Part shown: positions 54,205 to 63,595 of the stretch, in pieces
How the letters are laid out: every line of letters starts with the position of its first letter
How positions within the stretch are numbered: position 1 is the stretch's first letter
DNA from: Tepidisphaerales bacterium
Lineage (GTDB): Bacteria; Planctomycetota; Phycisphaerae; Tepidisphaerales; Tepidisphaeraceae
DNA: 64,000 nucleotides
Reading direction: 5' to 3'
Assembly: GCA_038210015.1 (NCBI GenBank)
Contig: JBBQXB010000010.1
Span: 4,082-68,081 of the forward strand
Translations under genes and position numbers: made by a program
The notes under the pieces: model-generated
The model's database searches: none
What the model was told of the DNA's origin: nothing
The model's input: the letters and a program-made list of their open reading frames with translations, nothing else

Positions 54205-57120
54205 CTACCAACCCCAGTTTTGATTCTGTTGCGGTTGCTGCTGCATCTGCGGAATTTGCACGGGTTTGGGATCGGGCACTTCGACCGGTTTGAGGTGCTC
54301 CTCATTTACGGGTCCAGCGGGTCCGCCTTCAAGGGTGGTGGTCTCTTCTCGTTTCCAGAACGTGTTGATGCCCGATAAGTTGACCATCTTCACTAGCAAA
54401 AGCGGATTGCCTTCCTTGGTCATGTCGAATAGCGCCGGGCCTAAGACCGCGCCGCCAAACGAGCCGTCGTCTTTGATCTCAACCATCCGCAGGTGTGTCA
54501 GCCCATGACGGTCAAGTTGAATGATCATATTTAGTTTCGTGCCATCGGTCAGCACGTCGATTTTGGCTTTATAAAGATCGGGGTGTTGCGTGGCTTCGAT
54601 TTTCAGTTTCCAGAAGGGTTTGACCCCATCTGGCATGCGGACGCCAGCCTCCCATGTGCCAACCAACATGTCGGGACGGAACAATTGCCATGTTTGAGTG
54701 GCTTTTTCAAGTTCTGGATCGGCTTCGACCTTGAACTTCGCGCGGGTTTGCGCGCTGACTCCGCTCATGGTTTCAGCGATCAGGATTGCTTCATACTCAC
54801 GCGGTTCGAGCATTTTAAGCGTGAATGTCAGACCCTTATTCCACTTGATCGTTTTGAAGGTGTGGAGTTTGATTTCGCCGGTGTCGGTGACGACCTCATG
54901 GATCGGTGAGACTTTCAAATCTTCAGTCGGTTCGATCGCGCGGGGACGTGTCGTGCCATCGGGCTGGGGCATCATCGCGACAATTTGTACGGCTTCAAAG
55001 AATGAGCTGTTGAACATGATCACCGCCATGACGGGTTTTTCACCGAGCTGGGGGTGTTCGATCAATGCACGGATTCGCCACATATCGGAGTTGCCGAGGT
55101 CCGATCCGTCGATGGTGCAGGTTGCGGTTTCTTCGCCGTTGAATAGATCGAGGCCGAGTCCTTGCAGATCATCCTTCAGATGACTCACGCCATCGGTGTA
55201 TTTGGGCATCACCAGATCGATTTCGTGGGCCATGTTTTTGAGCTCGGCGTAACGCAGAATCCATTCTGCATCCATCACAAAGCTTTTGTTGTCCAGTACA
55301 AGTCCTTCGACGCCTGGCACACGCCGGCCGACCCATGCGTGGGTGTAGATAATATTTTTGCCGGTGACACTGAGTTGATAGCGTGCGCCACCAAGCGGTT
55401 TGACGGAGGTGATGGGGTTGTCTTGGGTATCGGTGAGCCGGATGTCAGAAAACACCGGCGGCTGGGTGTCTTTTTTCTGCTGCGTGTGCATGGTGTTCAT
55501 CACCGCAGGCCATTTCGATGCTTGGGCGAATTTCAGCTGGGTATATTCAGGATTGACCAACGCTGCGTTGACTGGCGCGTAGACCGCAATCCCGTTGCTG
55601 AGTCGGTGACGGTCGCTGTTAGCACTGATGAGGATGAATCGGTCGGCGACCGACATGAAATCGCGATATTCGTTTTCGCCGGGGAAGTCTTTGACCGCAT
55701 ATTTAAGTCGTTTGACGACATCCAGCACATCGAAGGTTGCGAGTGCTTGCGGACCATTTTTGTAATCGGTGCGGTCGCAATACTGTTCGCCGTAGAAGAT
55801 TGATCGCGCCAACGACGGCCAGGTCTGCTCCATTGAGGGTTGGTATTTGTCCAATACAGCATTGAGCTTGGAATTGAATTCGCCGCACATCGACAAATCC
55901 ATCGCGGACAGCGTGGTGACTTTTTCCTTTTTGACAGTTTTATAAAAATCGTTGAATGAAGTCACGATATCGGTTGCGACGCGGCGGGCGCCGGACGTGC
56001 CTTTGCCGAACGCGGGAATGACCACATCGTAAGGCCAGCCATACCCCGGTTCGACCGCCTGCGAAGCGACCATCACCTCAGCGACATCAGCGAGTTCGGT
56101 CGCGACTTCCAACTGCGCCATCAGGCACATATCAAAACCGATGATCGACAATTTTTTAACGCCCGCTGCGGGCAGGGCTTTTTCCAGGGCGCCGCGTAAT
56201 TCGGGCAATTTAACGTCGTCGCCTTTGTCGTAGCCGGGGGCTTTGAAATCGTTGGACATGCTCGCCCATCCGCCGCCGTGATTCCACATCACCAACGCGG
56301 TTTGACGGGCGGGATAGGCTTTGAGACTTCCTTCGGTAAACGCCGAGAGAATCTCCTGATCGCCCATGTTGATTTCGCCGAGATCAAGCAGCATCTCGGA
56401 AGCGATTTTATTCATGTTGTCGTCGGGCACGACGCGGTACAACCTCGCGCCCTGCCAGTCGCCCTCGGAATCATCAAATCCTTCGCAGCGGTCAATCAGC
56501 ACAAGAATGTCGAGATTCGGGTTGCTCAAACCCTTCTCCATTTCGTTCAGATCCTGAATACCGAACTTTTCCAAATCGTTATCGGCATTGAGATAGACGA
56601 GAATGGTCCAATCGCGGTTGGCGTTATCTTTGCCCTTGGGGATGGCACGCAATTTCGCTGCCACTTCAGCAACCGACAATTCTTTCGCAGGTGCAGGTGC
56701 TGGCGGTTTTGGTTGTGGTTGTGGCTGGGGATTGGGTTGTGGGTTTGGGTTCGGCTGTGGGTTGGGATTCGGATTTTCGGGCAAACCTTCCAGCGGATTC
56801 GCGGGCACTGGCGCAGCGGCGTTCATCAGCAGATGTTCACGACCGCCTGAGATGAGCTTGAGATTCGCGCCATCCAATACCGCAGAGAAATCGAATTTCT
56901 TGCCGCCAACATCGAACTGGCCGGTCAGTTTTCCGGCATTTTCGGTCGCAACGATGGGATAGGCTTTACCCGCGATCGTCATCGTGCCGGTATAGGCGTC
57001 GGCGTTTTTCGCGATCTCAAGCGTGATCTGCGGATTGGCGTATTTGCCTGAATAATCTGCCGCGTAAGTGACGCATGACAGACACAAAATCGCGCAGAGC
57101 GCGTAGAGATGAGTTCGCAT
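54205..57120 (-). CDS. secreted clostripain-like (peptidase C11) cysteine protease with large N- and C-terminal extensions
   Basis: Signal peptide. The catalytic-dyad context is WTILVYLNADNDLE, ALVMWNHGGGW (His) and IIGFDMCLMAQ (Cys). A PN/PQ-rich linker precedes the protease core, about 580 aa of unassigned domains follow it, and the protein ends in a Q-rich tail. Confidence 0.8.
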   Translation of the reverse strand: MRTHLYALCAILCLSCVTYAADYSGKYANPQITLEIAKNADAYTGTMTIAGKAYPIVATENAGKLTGQFDVGGKKFDFSAVLDGANLKLISGGREHLLMNAAAPVPANPLEGLPENPNPNPQPNPNPQPNPQPQPQPKPPAPAPAKELSVAEVAAKLRAIPKGKDNANRDWTILVYLNADNDLEKFGIQDLNEMEKGLSNPNLDILVLIDRCEGFDDSEGDWQGARLYRVVPDDNMNKIASEMLLDLGEINMGDQEILSAFTEGSLKAYPARQTALVMWNHGGGWASMSNDFKAPGYDKGDDVKLPELRGALEKALPAAGVKKLSIIGFDMCLMAQLEVATELADVAEVMVASQAVEPGYGWPYDVVIPAFGKGTSGARRVATDIVTSFNDFYKTVKKEKVTTLSAMDLSMCGEFNSKLNAVLDKYQPSMEQTWPSLARSIFYGEQYCDRTDYKNGPQALATFDVLDVVKRLKYAVKDFPGENEYRDFMSVADRFILISANSDRHRLSNGIAVYAPVNAALVNPEYTQLKFAQASKWPAVMNTMHTQQKKDTQPPVFSDIRLTDTQDNPITSVKPLGGARYQLSVTGKNIIYTHAWVGRRVPGVEGLVLDNKSFVMDAEWILRYAELKNMAHEIDLVMPKYTDGVSHLKDDLQGLGLDLFNGEETATCTIDGSDLGNSDMWRIRALIEHPQLGEKPVMAVIMFNSSFFEAVQIVAMMPQPDGTTRPRAIEPTEDLKVSPIHEVVTDTGEIKLHTFKTIKWNKGLTFTLKMLEPREYEAILIAETMSGVSAQTRAKFKVEADPELEKATQTWQLFRPDMLVGTWEAGVRMPDGVKPFWKLKIEATQHPDLYKAKIDVLTDGTKLNMIIQLDRHGLTHLRMVEIKDDGSFGGAVLGPALFDMTKEGNPLLLVKMVNLSGINTFWKREETTTLEGGPAGPVNEEHLKPVEVPDPKPVQIPQMQQQPQQNQNWGW

Positions 57121-57139
57121 GGAAATGCCCTCGGAAAAA

Positions 57140-58348
57140 TTATTGGAGGCCTGTCAGAATGACCTGGATGGTTTGGTTCAGCGTTTTATTTTGATACGCA
57201 GATGCGAGTAACATGCCGGTTTCGAGTTCGTAATCGTAATACGACGCAAACCCCGGAGAATCTTCAGCAATCGTCACAACATTACGCCCGTACTGCGTCT
57301 GCCCGACGCCGATCACGCTGATCTTGGAATTCAACACTTTATCCTCGTCCAACACCTGCCCCTGACGAAGCTGTTTCAATTCCATGGGCGGCAGATAACA
57401 CGATCCCAGTTGGCCCGCGCCATGTACTACACAAGGTACAACGATGGGCTGCTGATTGCCCCCGCCCATGAGATTGCCCACCTGTACGGTTTGCTTCATA
57501 GCCAGATAGTTCGCCCCAACTTCGATGACCTCGGCGACTGCGGTTAGTGGGGTGGCGGGCATTTGCGGGGCGCCTTGCATCTGCATCGAAATTCCACCCG
57601 TGTAGGTGTATCGCTTGTATTTTGACAACCAAGATGGCGGGCGCCCCATTTTCCAAGGAAGCGTGCGCTCGCGGGTGTCGGCGAGGATTGTGTAGGATGT
57701 TTGCGTCATGCCGCTGCCGACTGATTTGGTCAAAATTTGCAACGCGATGCCCGATTGGGGATCGTAATATATTGTTGTTTCCTGACCATCTTTCGCCGCT
57801 TCGCCTTGCTGGACGCGGACGGCGTTGACTTGCTTTCCATTGATTTCGACAAGTCCACCACTGATTTTTTGACCCGCAGGCGGATTCTTGATGATTTGCT
57901 GGAGCGTCTGAGGGTGCAACCAGTAGACACCAGTTGCACCGACCGGCGCGACCGTACCGTAGGCGGTGCTGTTGACGGCAGGATTATTCGCATCTCCTCC
58001 GACAAAAAATCGCGTGTCGTATGCGACGCGGCCTTGAGCGACGGCAACGATATCCACCGTGATGATCCCCGCACCCGCGCCGCCGCCTTCATTATTCGGC
58101 CGCGTGCTTTGCGTTGCGACGTTCGTGCGATAGCTGATGCGAAGACCTTGCTTCATCCACGTCGGAGCGGACAAATTCGCGCCAGGCACGCCTTGGCCTG
58201 TTGGTAAACCCGCCACTTCGGATCGCGTAAGTGCTGGCGCGACAGGCGGTGCCTGACGATCCGCTTCTTTAGGCTTGTTGATTTGAACCTGCGCCTGCAC
58301 AGCTGATAGGCCGATTGTCAGCAGACAGAATGTGATCAAGCACTTCAT
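57140..58348 (-). CDS. secreted hypothetical protein
   Basis: Signal peptide MKCLITFCLLTIGLSAVQA. I recognised no family. It lies 19 nt downstream of the C11 protease gene on the same strand. Confidence 0.55.
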   Translation of the reverse strand: MKCLITFCLLTIGLSAVQAQVQINKPKEADRQAPPVAPALTRSEVAGLPTGQGVPGANLSAPTWMKQGLRISYRTNVATQSTRPNNEGGGAGAGIITVDIVAVAQGRVAYDTRFFVGGDANNPAVNSTAYGTVAPVGATGVYWLHPQTLQQIIKNPPAGQKISGGLVEINGKQVNAVRVQQGEAAKDGQETTIYYDPQSGIALQILTKSVGSGMTQTSYTILADTRERTLPWKMGRPPSWLSKYKRYTYTGGISMQMQGAPQMPATPLTAVAEVIEVGANYLAMKQTVQVGNLMGGGNQQPIVVPCVVHGAGQLGSCYLPPMELKQLRQGQVLDEDKVLNSKISVIGVGQTQYGRNVVTIAEDSPGFASYYDYELETGMLLASAYQNKTLNQTIQVILTGLQ

Positions 58349-58483
58349 GTGCCCTCCCGATATGAGCGACAAAGTTAGTCCGCGGATTAGTGTAAAGCGG
58401 ATGGCGCTTCGATGCCAACCAATAATATGAAGACTGCGTAAAAATACGCATTTGCAAATGAATGGCTCAATCTGCGTTGAGAA

Positions 58484-59056
58484 TTACGCAGTGATCGGTT
58501 TGCCGCCAATCGAGATCGGCACGGGTTGTGGTTTGGGGACGTAAGACGGTTCGATCGCAAGTTGCAGCGGACGCCGCCGCCCGGCGGGCGGCAAACCCTC
58601 TTCATCAATGATCCGTTGAATCGCCATGATGCCTTCGATCAGCGTCTCGGGTCGAGGCGGACAACCCGGCACATAGACATCGACCGGCATAAATTGATCG
58701 ATTCCTTGCACGGTCGCGTAGGCGTCAAAAACTCCACCGGTGCTGGCGCAGGCGCCCATGCTGATGACCCACTTGGGTTCGGTCATTTGCTGATAAATAT
58801 GCTGAAGCACGGGCAGCATTTTGATCGTCACACGTCCAGCAACGATCATCAGATCGGATTGACGAGGGCTGAACCGCATCGCTTCGGCACCGAATCGGCT
58901 GAGATCATAGCGCGACGACGCGGTCGCCATCAGTTCGATTCCGCAACACGCCGTCGCAAACGGCATCGGCCAAAGCGAAGACCGGCGTGCGAAATTCACA
59001 ACCCGTTTCAGGTTGGTCGTCAGGATATTGTCAGGCAGCGTATGGGGATCGTACAT
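58484..59056 (-). CDS. nuoB: NADH-quinone oxidoreductase subunit B (isolated copy)
   Basis: Cluster N2 ligands are [16 protein letters not shown] and [10 protein letters not shown] ~35-aa P-rich C-terminal extension is present. No other nuo genes are adjacent. Confidence 0.9.
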   Translation of the reverse strand: MYDPHTLPDNILTTNLKRVVNFARRSSLWPMPFATACCGIELMATASSRYDLSRFGAEAMRFSPRQSDLMIVAGRVTIKMLPVLQHIYQQMTEPKWVISMGACASTGGVFDAYATVQGIDQFMPVDVYVPGCPPRPETLIEGIMAIQRIIDEEGLPPAGRRRPLQLAIEPSYVPKPQPVPISIGGKPITA

Positions 59057-59193
59057 GGCTTAGATATTATAGGGGATGATCCGGTTGGAAAGCCAGTTGT
59101 GAGTTTTTCCAGCAAAATACATTTACCGCGAAGGGCGCGATGTCAACGCGCATAACAGACTGGTGCGCAGGATGGAAAATATCGATCTTACAG

Positions 59194-59529
59194 TCACAGA
59201 TTGGAACGTGACGGATCGTCGAACTCGATATCAAGCAGATCGAGTCGCTCGGTACGGCGAGCATGTTCGTCGGGGGTGAGCAGCAGAAGCATGACAATAT
59301 CTGTTTGGATTTCATCCGGCAATTTTTCGATCAATGGCTGAACAATCGCCTCGCGTTCGACGCGGGACTTTCCGATAAATTGTTCTGACACAACACGGAC
59401 ACGCAGACTGGCCGAATTGTAACGGTAGGCTTCGACCTTTGCGTTGCTGAATGCTTTGCCCAAAACGGTGAGCACTTGCTTGTCAGGGCCGTGCAGCGGC
59501 AAATGAACATTTTTCAATAGGTTGGGCAT
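59194..59529 (-). CDS. small hypothetical protein, weak BolA-like pattern
   Basis: LRVRVVSEQFIGKSRVEREAIVQPLIEKL...IVMLLLLTPDE resembles the BolA-family core, but the conserved His is missing. It starts 11 nt downstream of the HEPN gene. Confidence 0.35.
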   Translation of the reverse strand: MPNLLKNVHLPLHGPDKQVLTVLGKAFSNAKVEAYRYNSASLRVRVVSEQFIGKSRVEREAIVQPLIEKLPDEIQTDIVMLLLLTPDEHARRTERLDLLDIEFDDPSRSNL

Positions 59530-59540
59530 AAGTGAACTCC

Positions 59541-59972
59541 TTACTTGATTGTACTTGCGACGACCTTAAAAATCCTGTGTGCCGATTCGACAAATTTCAA
59601 GGCATCGGACTGCGGTATTCGGTTTGAACTGTATCGCAAATCCGTGCTCCACGACACGATATGACGGAAATCCCAAGCCAACGTGGGCGGCGGGGACCAT
59701 CCTGCTTCCTTTAGCTTTTCCTTAAGCCGCTCGTAATTGTGCCATCGCGCGCCTCTTGTTATTTCTGACGTGATCGCTGTGCGTTTGGATGCAGGTGTAC
59801 GCGCAAGCAAAAGTGCTTTAAGCGAGCACTCGACAGCGTATCCCGCCAAGTACACTGCTTCTGCTCCGAACTGTCCTTGAGCGTCATCGCGAAGTAACCA
59901 TCGAGCGGCAAGCAATCGGCGCTCCGCGGCACGAAGAAAGCTGTTTTGTGACGGCACTTTCGATGATTTCAC
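59541..59972 (-). CDS. HEPN domain protein with an Rx4HxY motif
   Basis: The helix AEAVYLAGYAVECSLKALLLA is typical of HEPN. The candidate RNase motif is RGARWHNY (R-x4-H-x-Y). GC content is lower than in the flanks. Confidence 0.65.
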   Translation of the reverse strand: MKSSKVPSQNSFLRAAERRLLAARWLLRDDAQGQFGAEAVYLAGYAVECSLKALLLARTPASKRTAITSEITRGARWHNYERLKEKLKEAGWSPPPTLAWDFRHIVSWSTDLRYSSNRIPQSDALKFVESAHRIFKVVASTIK

Positions 59973-60006
59973 TGCCGCGTCCTAAATGTGTTGAGGTGAA
60001 AAAAAA

Positions 60007-61818
60007 TCATTCATCCACGATCGTCTCGCGCACCACTTCTTCGATGGTCGTCACACCGTCGTAGATCGCGAGCAGGCCGGATTCGCGGAGGGTGCGCATG
60101 CCGCGTTTTTTGGCTTCGGCGCGAAGAACCTGTGTGCTGGCGTGGTGAATAATCATGTCACGCATCTCGTCGTCAAGCGTCATGATCTCGAAAAGGCCTT
60201 GGCGGCCTTTGTATCCGGTGTTATTGCAGATATCGCAGCCTTTGCCGAAAAAGAACTTCTGCCCGACGACATCTTCGTTACGGATGGCTAATTCCATCAG
60301 TTGTTCTTCAGCCGGGGTGTATTCGGTTTTACAGTTGCTGCAAATGCGACGCACCAGCCGCTGGGCGATGATGCCTTCAAGCGTGGCGGTGACGAGGAAC
60401 GGTTCCATCCCAAGATCGAGCAGACGCGCGATTGACGATGGCGCATCATTCGTGTGCAGCGTGCTGAACACCAAGTGACCGGTCAACGACGCCTGCACCG
60501 CGATTTCTGCGGTTTCTTTATCGCGAATTTCACCGACCAGAATCACGTCCGGGTCCTGACGCAGCATCGCGCGAAGGATGCGCCCGAAGGTCAACTCAAT
60601 TTCGGGTTTGATCTGACACTGCACGATACCGTCGATGTCGTATTCCACCGGGTCTTCAGCGGTGATGAGCTTGGTACTCGGATCGTTTAAATCACGTAAT
60701 GCAGAATAAAGCGTGGTGGTTTTACCTGAACCGGTCGGCCCGGTGACGATCACGATTCCGTTTGGTTTGGTGATGAGCTGGCGTGTCATCGCAAGGTCGT
60801 CGTCGCGAAGTCCGACTCTATCCAGATCGAGTGAGACGTTCGATCGGTCGAGCACACGCATAACGACCGATTCGCCGAACATGGTGGGTAGAACGCTTAC
60901 GCGAAGATCGATCGGCTGATTGTTAACCGACAATTCGATACGCCCGTCCTGCGGCATTCTGCGTTCGGCGATATCGAGGTTGGCCATCACCTTAATACGG
61001 CTGCTGATGGCAGGCGCGATATGCGATGGCGGGGGCATCATTTCATACAAAATGCCGTCGATGCGGTAACGCATTTTGAACTCGTCCTCAAACGGTTCAA
61101 AGTGAATATCCGAAGCTTTGTCTTTGATCGCCTGCAACAGCACGAGGTTGATGAGTTTGCGGACTGGGTTTGAATCGGCGGCGTCTTTGAGGGTATCGAG
61201 ATCGATCGATTCGCCGCCACGATTTTTCAGGTCGGCAAGTGATTCGTCGTTGCTGAGTTCGCCGAGTACTTCCCCGAGTGATTCAGCGGCGGTGTTGTAG
61301 TGCTTGCCGATCAGTTTTTCAATCTGTTCGGCGTCGCCGATCTTGACTGTAACGCGATATCCCATCAGCGTTTGTAGATCATCCACGGCACGGAAATTGT
61401 CGTGCGACGCCATGACGATCGTCAGTTTTTTGCTGGAGGGTTCGTATGCGATGGGCAGCACTTTGTTTGTTGAGGCGATCTGTGCGGGCACCGCGTCGAT
61501 CGCTTCCTTGGCGATGTTTAAGCCGGACAAATCAATCAGCTCGTAACCCTTTTGGGCGGCGAGTGCGATGTTGACGTCCATTTCCCTGACGTAACCCAGG
61601 TCGATCAGGATTCGGCCAATCACGCCGCCTTTTTTCTTTTGGAAGTCGAGCGCTTCGACGACCTGTTCGCGGTTGACCTTGCCCATTTTCGTCAACACTC
61701 GGCCGAGGGGTCGGCCTTTAAGTTGATCGATCGGTGGCATGCTCCCTCCACGTCCTGCATCGGCAGCGGCGGGGGCGGGGGGTTTGGGAGACGGGGTGGC
61801 GGAAGGGGCTCGTGACAT
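60007..61818 (-). CDS. pilB: type IV pilus / type II secretion assembly ATPase (GspE/PilB family)
   Basis: N-terminal MshEN/T2SSE_N-like domain (LGRVLTKMGKVNREQVVEAL), Walker A GPTGSGKTTT, VGEIRD, and the tetracysteine motif CSNC..CDIC. Confidence 0.9.
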   Translation of the reverse strand: MSRAPSATPSPKPPAPAAADAGRGGSMPPIDQLKGRPLGRVLTKMGKVNREQVVEALDFQKKKGGVIGRILIDLGYVREMDVNIALAAQKGYELIDLSGLNIAKEAIDAVPAQIASTNKVLPIAYEPSSKKLTIVMASHDNFRAVDDLQTLMGYRVTVKIGDAEQIEKLIGKHYNTAAESLGEVLGELSNDESLADLKNRGGESIDLDTLKDAADSNPVRKLINLVLLQAIKDKASDIHFEPFEDEFKMRYRIDGILYEMMPPPSHIAPAISSRIKVMANLDIAERRMPQDGRIELSVNNQPIDLRVSVLPTMFGESVVMRVLDRSNVSLDLDRVGLRDDDLAMTRQLITKPNGIVIVTGPTGSGKTTTLYSALRDLNDPSTKLITAEDPVEYDIDGIVQCQIKPEIELTFGRILRAMLRQDPDVILVGEIRDKETAEIAVQASLTGHLVFSTLHTNDAPSSIARLLDLGMEPFLVTATLEGIIAQRLVRRICSNCKTEYTPAEEQLMELAIRNEDVVGQKFFFGKGCDICNNTGYKGRQGLFEIMTLDDEMRDMIIHHASTQVLRAEAKKRGMRTLRESGLLAIYDGVTTIEEVVRETIVDE

Positions 61819-61849
61819 ATTGGCCTCGGTTGCTTCAATTCAAACTAAA

Positions 61850-61871
61850 GCGGGCATGTCGTTTCGCCCGC
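61850..61871 (-). terminator. hairpin plus T-tract between pilT and pilB
   Basis: The minus strand reads GCGGGC-GAAACGACAT-GCCCGC followed by TTTAGTTT. It could attenuate readthrough into pilB. Confidence 0.4.
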
Positions 61872-61922
61872 AGCGATTCACACAAGACACGGCTTGTATA
61901 GCAGTGCCACATTAAACAATTA

Positions 61923-63161
61923 TCAACGTTTTGCATTTTGCGCCTGCAATCGGGCGCGGTTGGCGGCGGCGGTTGCGGGGTCGGCGGCACCGGCGGGTTG
62001 TCCAGGAAGCGTCGGACGCGGTGCCGCACCCTCTGCCGCTGCGGCTTCGGCGGCGGCGACGGCAAGTGTTGGATCGTCCACCTGCACGTCCACACCCGCT
62101 TTCTGCAAGCGATCCACCATCTGACCAGGATTTTTACTCTTATCAATCGCTTCCTCAGCACTAATACGCCCGGCCAAGAAGTGTTGCAGCAGATTGTCGT
62201 CCAGCAACTGCATGCCGTATTTTTTACCCGTCTGGATGTCTGAATCGATACGAAACACCTTGTTTTCGCGAATCAGGTTCTGAATCGAAGGCGTAACATA
62301 CATAAATTCGTAGGCGGCGACTCGGCCTTCCTGATCGATGCGCGGACAAAGCGTTTGCGACAACACCGCAATCAGATTGTTGGCAAGCTGCACGCGAATC
62401 TGTTCCTGGGAATCGGCGGGGAAGGCGTCGATAATGCGGTTGATCGTCGAGGCCGCACCGTTGGTGTGCAGCGTACCGAAAACCAAGTGGCCTGTTTCGG
62501 CGGCGGTGATGGCGGCACCGATCGTCTGCAAATCGCGCATTTCGCCGACCAGCATCACGTCCGGGTCCTGACGCAACGCACGGCGAATCGCCTCAGCGAA
62601 GCTCGGTACGTCCACGCCCACCTCACGTTGGACAACGATCGACTTCTTATGTTTGTGATAAAACTCGATCGGGTCTTCCATCGTGATGATGTGTCGGTCA
62701 AACTCAATATTGATCCAGTTGATCATCGCTGCCAGCGTGGTTGATTTACCCGATCCGGTCGGCCCGGTGACGAGGAACAACCCGCGCGGGCGCCTGCAGA
62801 TCTGCTCTGCCATCGCCGGCAGGCCGATCTGCTGGAAGGTGAGCAGTTTGTTGGGGATTTGGCGGAGCACCATCGAGGTATTACCGCGCTGTTTGAAGAT
62901 CGCGACGCGAAATCGCGCCGCGTCGCCGTACCCGATCGCGAAGTCGCCTGAACCAGTTTCTTCGAATTCCTGCTGGATGCGCTCAGGCGTGATGGCTTTC
63001 ATCATCGCGACGGTATCTTCGGGTTCAAGAATCTTGGTCTGCAGTTCGCGCAACGACCCATGCAATCGCACGGTCGGCGGCTTGCCGACAGCCAGATGCA
63101 AGTCCGAAGCGCCCCTGCGGACAACGGTTTCGAGAAGACGGTCGATTTGGATTGTGCTCAT
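61923..63161 (-). CDS. pilT: twitching-motility-type retraction ATPase PilT with an A/P-rich C-terminal extension
   Basis: Carries ASDLHL, Walker A GPTGSGKSTT, VGEMRD and GHLVFGTLHTN, plus a ~60-aa Ala/Pro-rich tail. Confidence 0.9.
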   Translation of the reverse strand: MSTIQIDRLLETVVRRGASDLHLAVGKPPTVRLHGSLRELQTKILEPEDTVAMMKAITPERIQQEFEETGSGDFAIGYGDAARFRVAIFKQRGNTSMVLRQIPNKLLTFQQIGLPAMAEQICRRPRGLFLVTGPTGSGKSTTLAAMINWINIEFDRHIITMEDPIEFYHKHKKSIVVQREVGVDVPSFAEAIRRALRQDPDVMLVGEMRDLQTIGAAITAAETGHLVFGTLHTNGAASTINRIIDAFPADSQEQIRVQLANNLIAVLSQTLCPRIDQEGRVAAYEFMYVTPSIQNLIRENKVFRIDSDIQTGKKYGMQLLDDNLLQHFLAGRISAEEAIDKSKNPGQMVDRLQKAGVDVQVDDPTLAVAAAEAAAAEGAAPRPTLPGQPAGAADPATAAANRARLQAQNAKR

Positions 63162-63185
63162 GGTTATTTCGTGTTTGGTATTTTG

Positions 63186-63557
63186 TTATTTTGGAATACG
63201 CCGAGTAAACGATGCAATGTAGGCATTTAGTTTCGGTGCTAACTCATCCAGAATCACTTTCATCTGTTTAATGTCGTTTTCAGACAACAACTGTCGTGTA
63301 TAGGCTCTGCGTAGCCAGAACCTCAATTCAACCAGCGAACCCCGCGCGATCCGCAAAAATCGACGGTTATCCGCACAAGATCCGCGTCCCGCACCTTCTG
63401 CGATGTTCGCTCCAATGCTATCGGCGGCGCGGATCGCTTGTTTGCCAAGCGTATCCTGCGACAGACGTTGCCATCCACTTACTATAGTCCAAACCCTGTC
63501 AGCAATTGCTTCGGCCAAACGATAAACGTCCAGTTCTTCAACAGGTTTGAAGCTCAT
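63186..63557 (-). CDS. four-helix-bundle protein (23S rRNA intervening-sequence protein family)
   Basis: Carries LDVYRLAEAIADRVW..QAIRAADSIGANIAEGAGRGS..FLRIARGSLVELRFWL. The start was set at the second Met. Confidence 0.8.
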   Translation of the reverse strand: MSFKPVEELDVYRLAEAIADRVWTIVSGWQRLSQDTLGKQAIRAADSIGANIAEGAGRGSCADNRRFLRIARGSLVELRFWLRRAYTRQLLSENDIKQMKVILDELAPKLNAYIASFTRRIPK

Positions 63558-63595
63558 ATAAGCTCCCAAAATATCAAAACACAAAACCCAAAATA

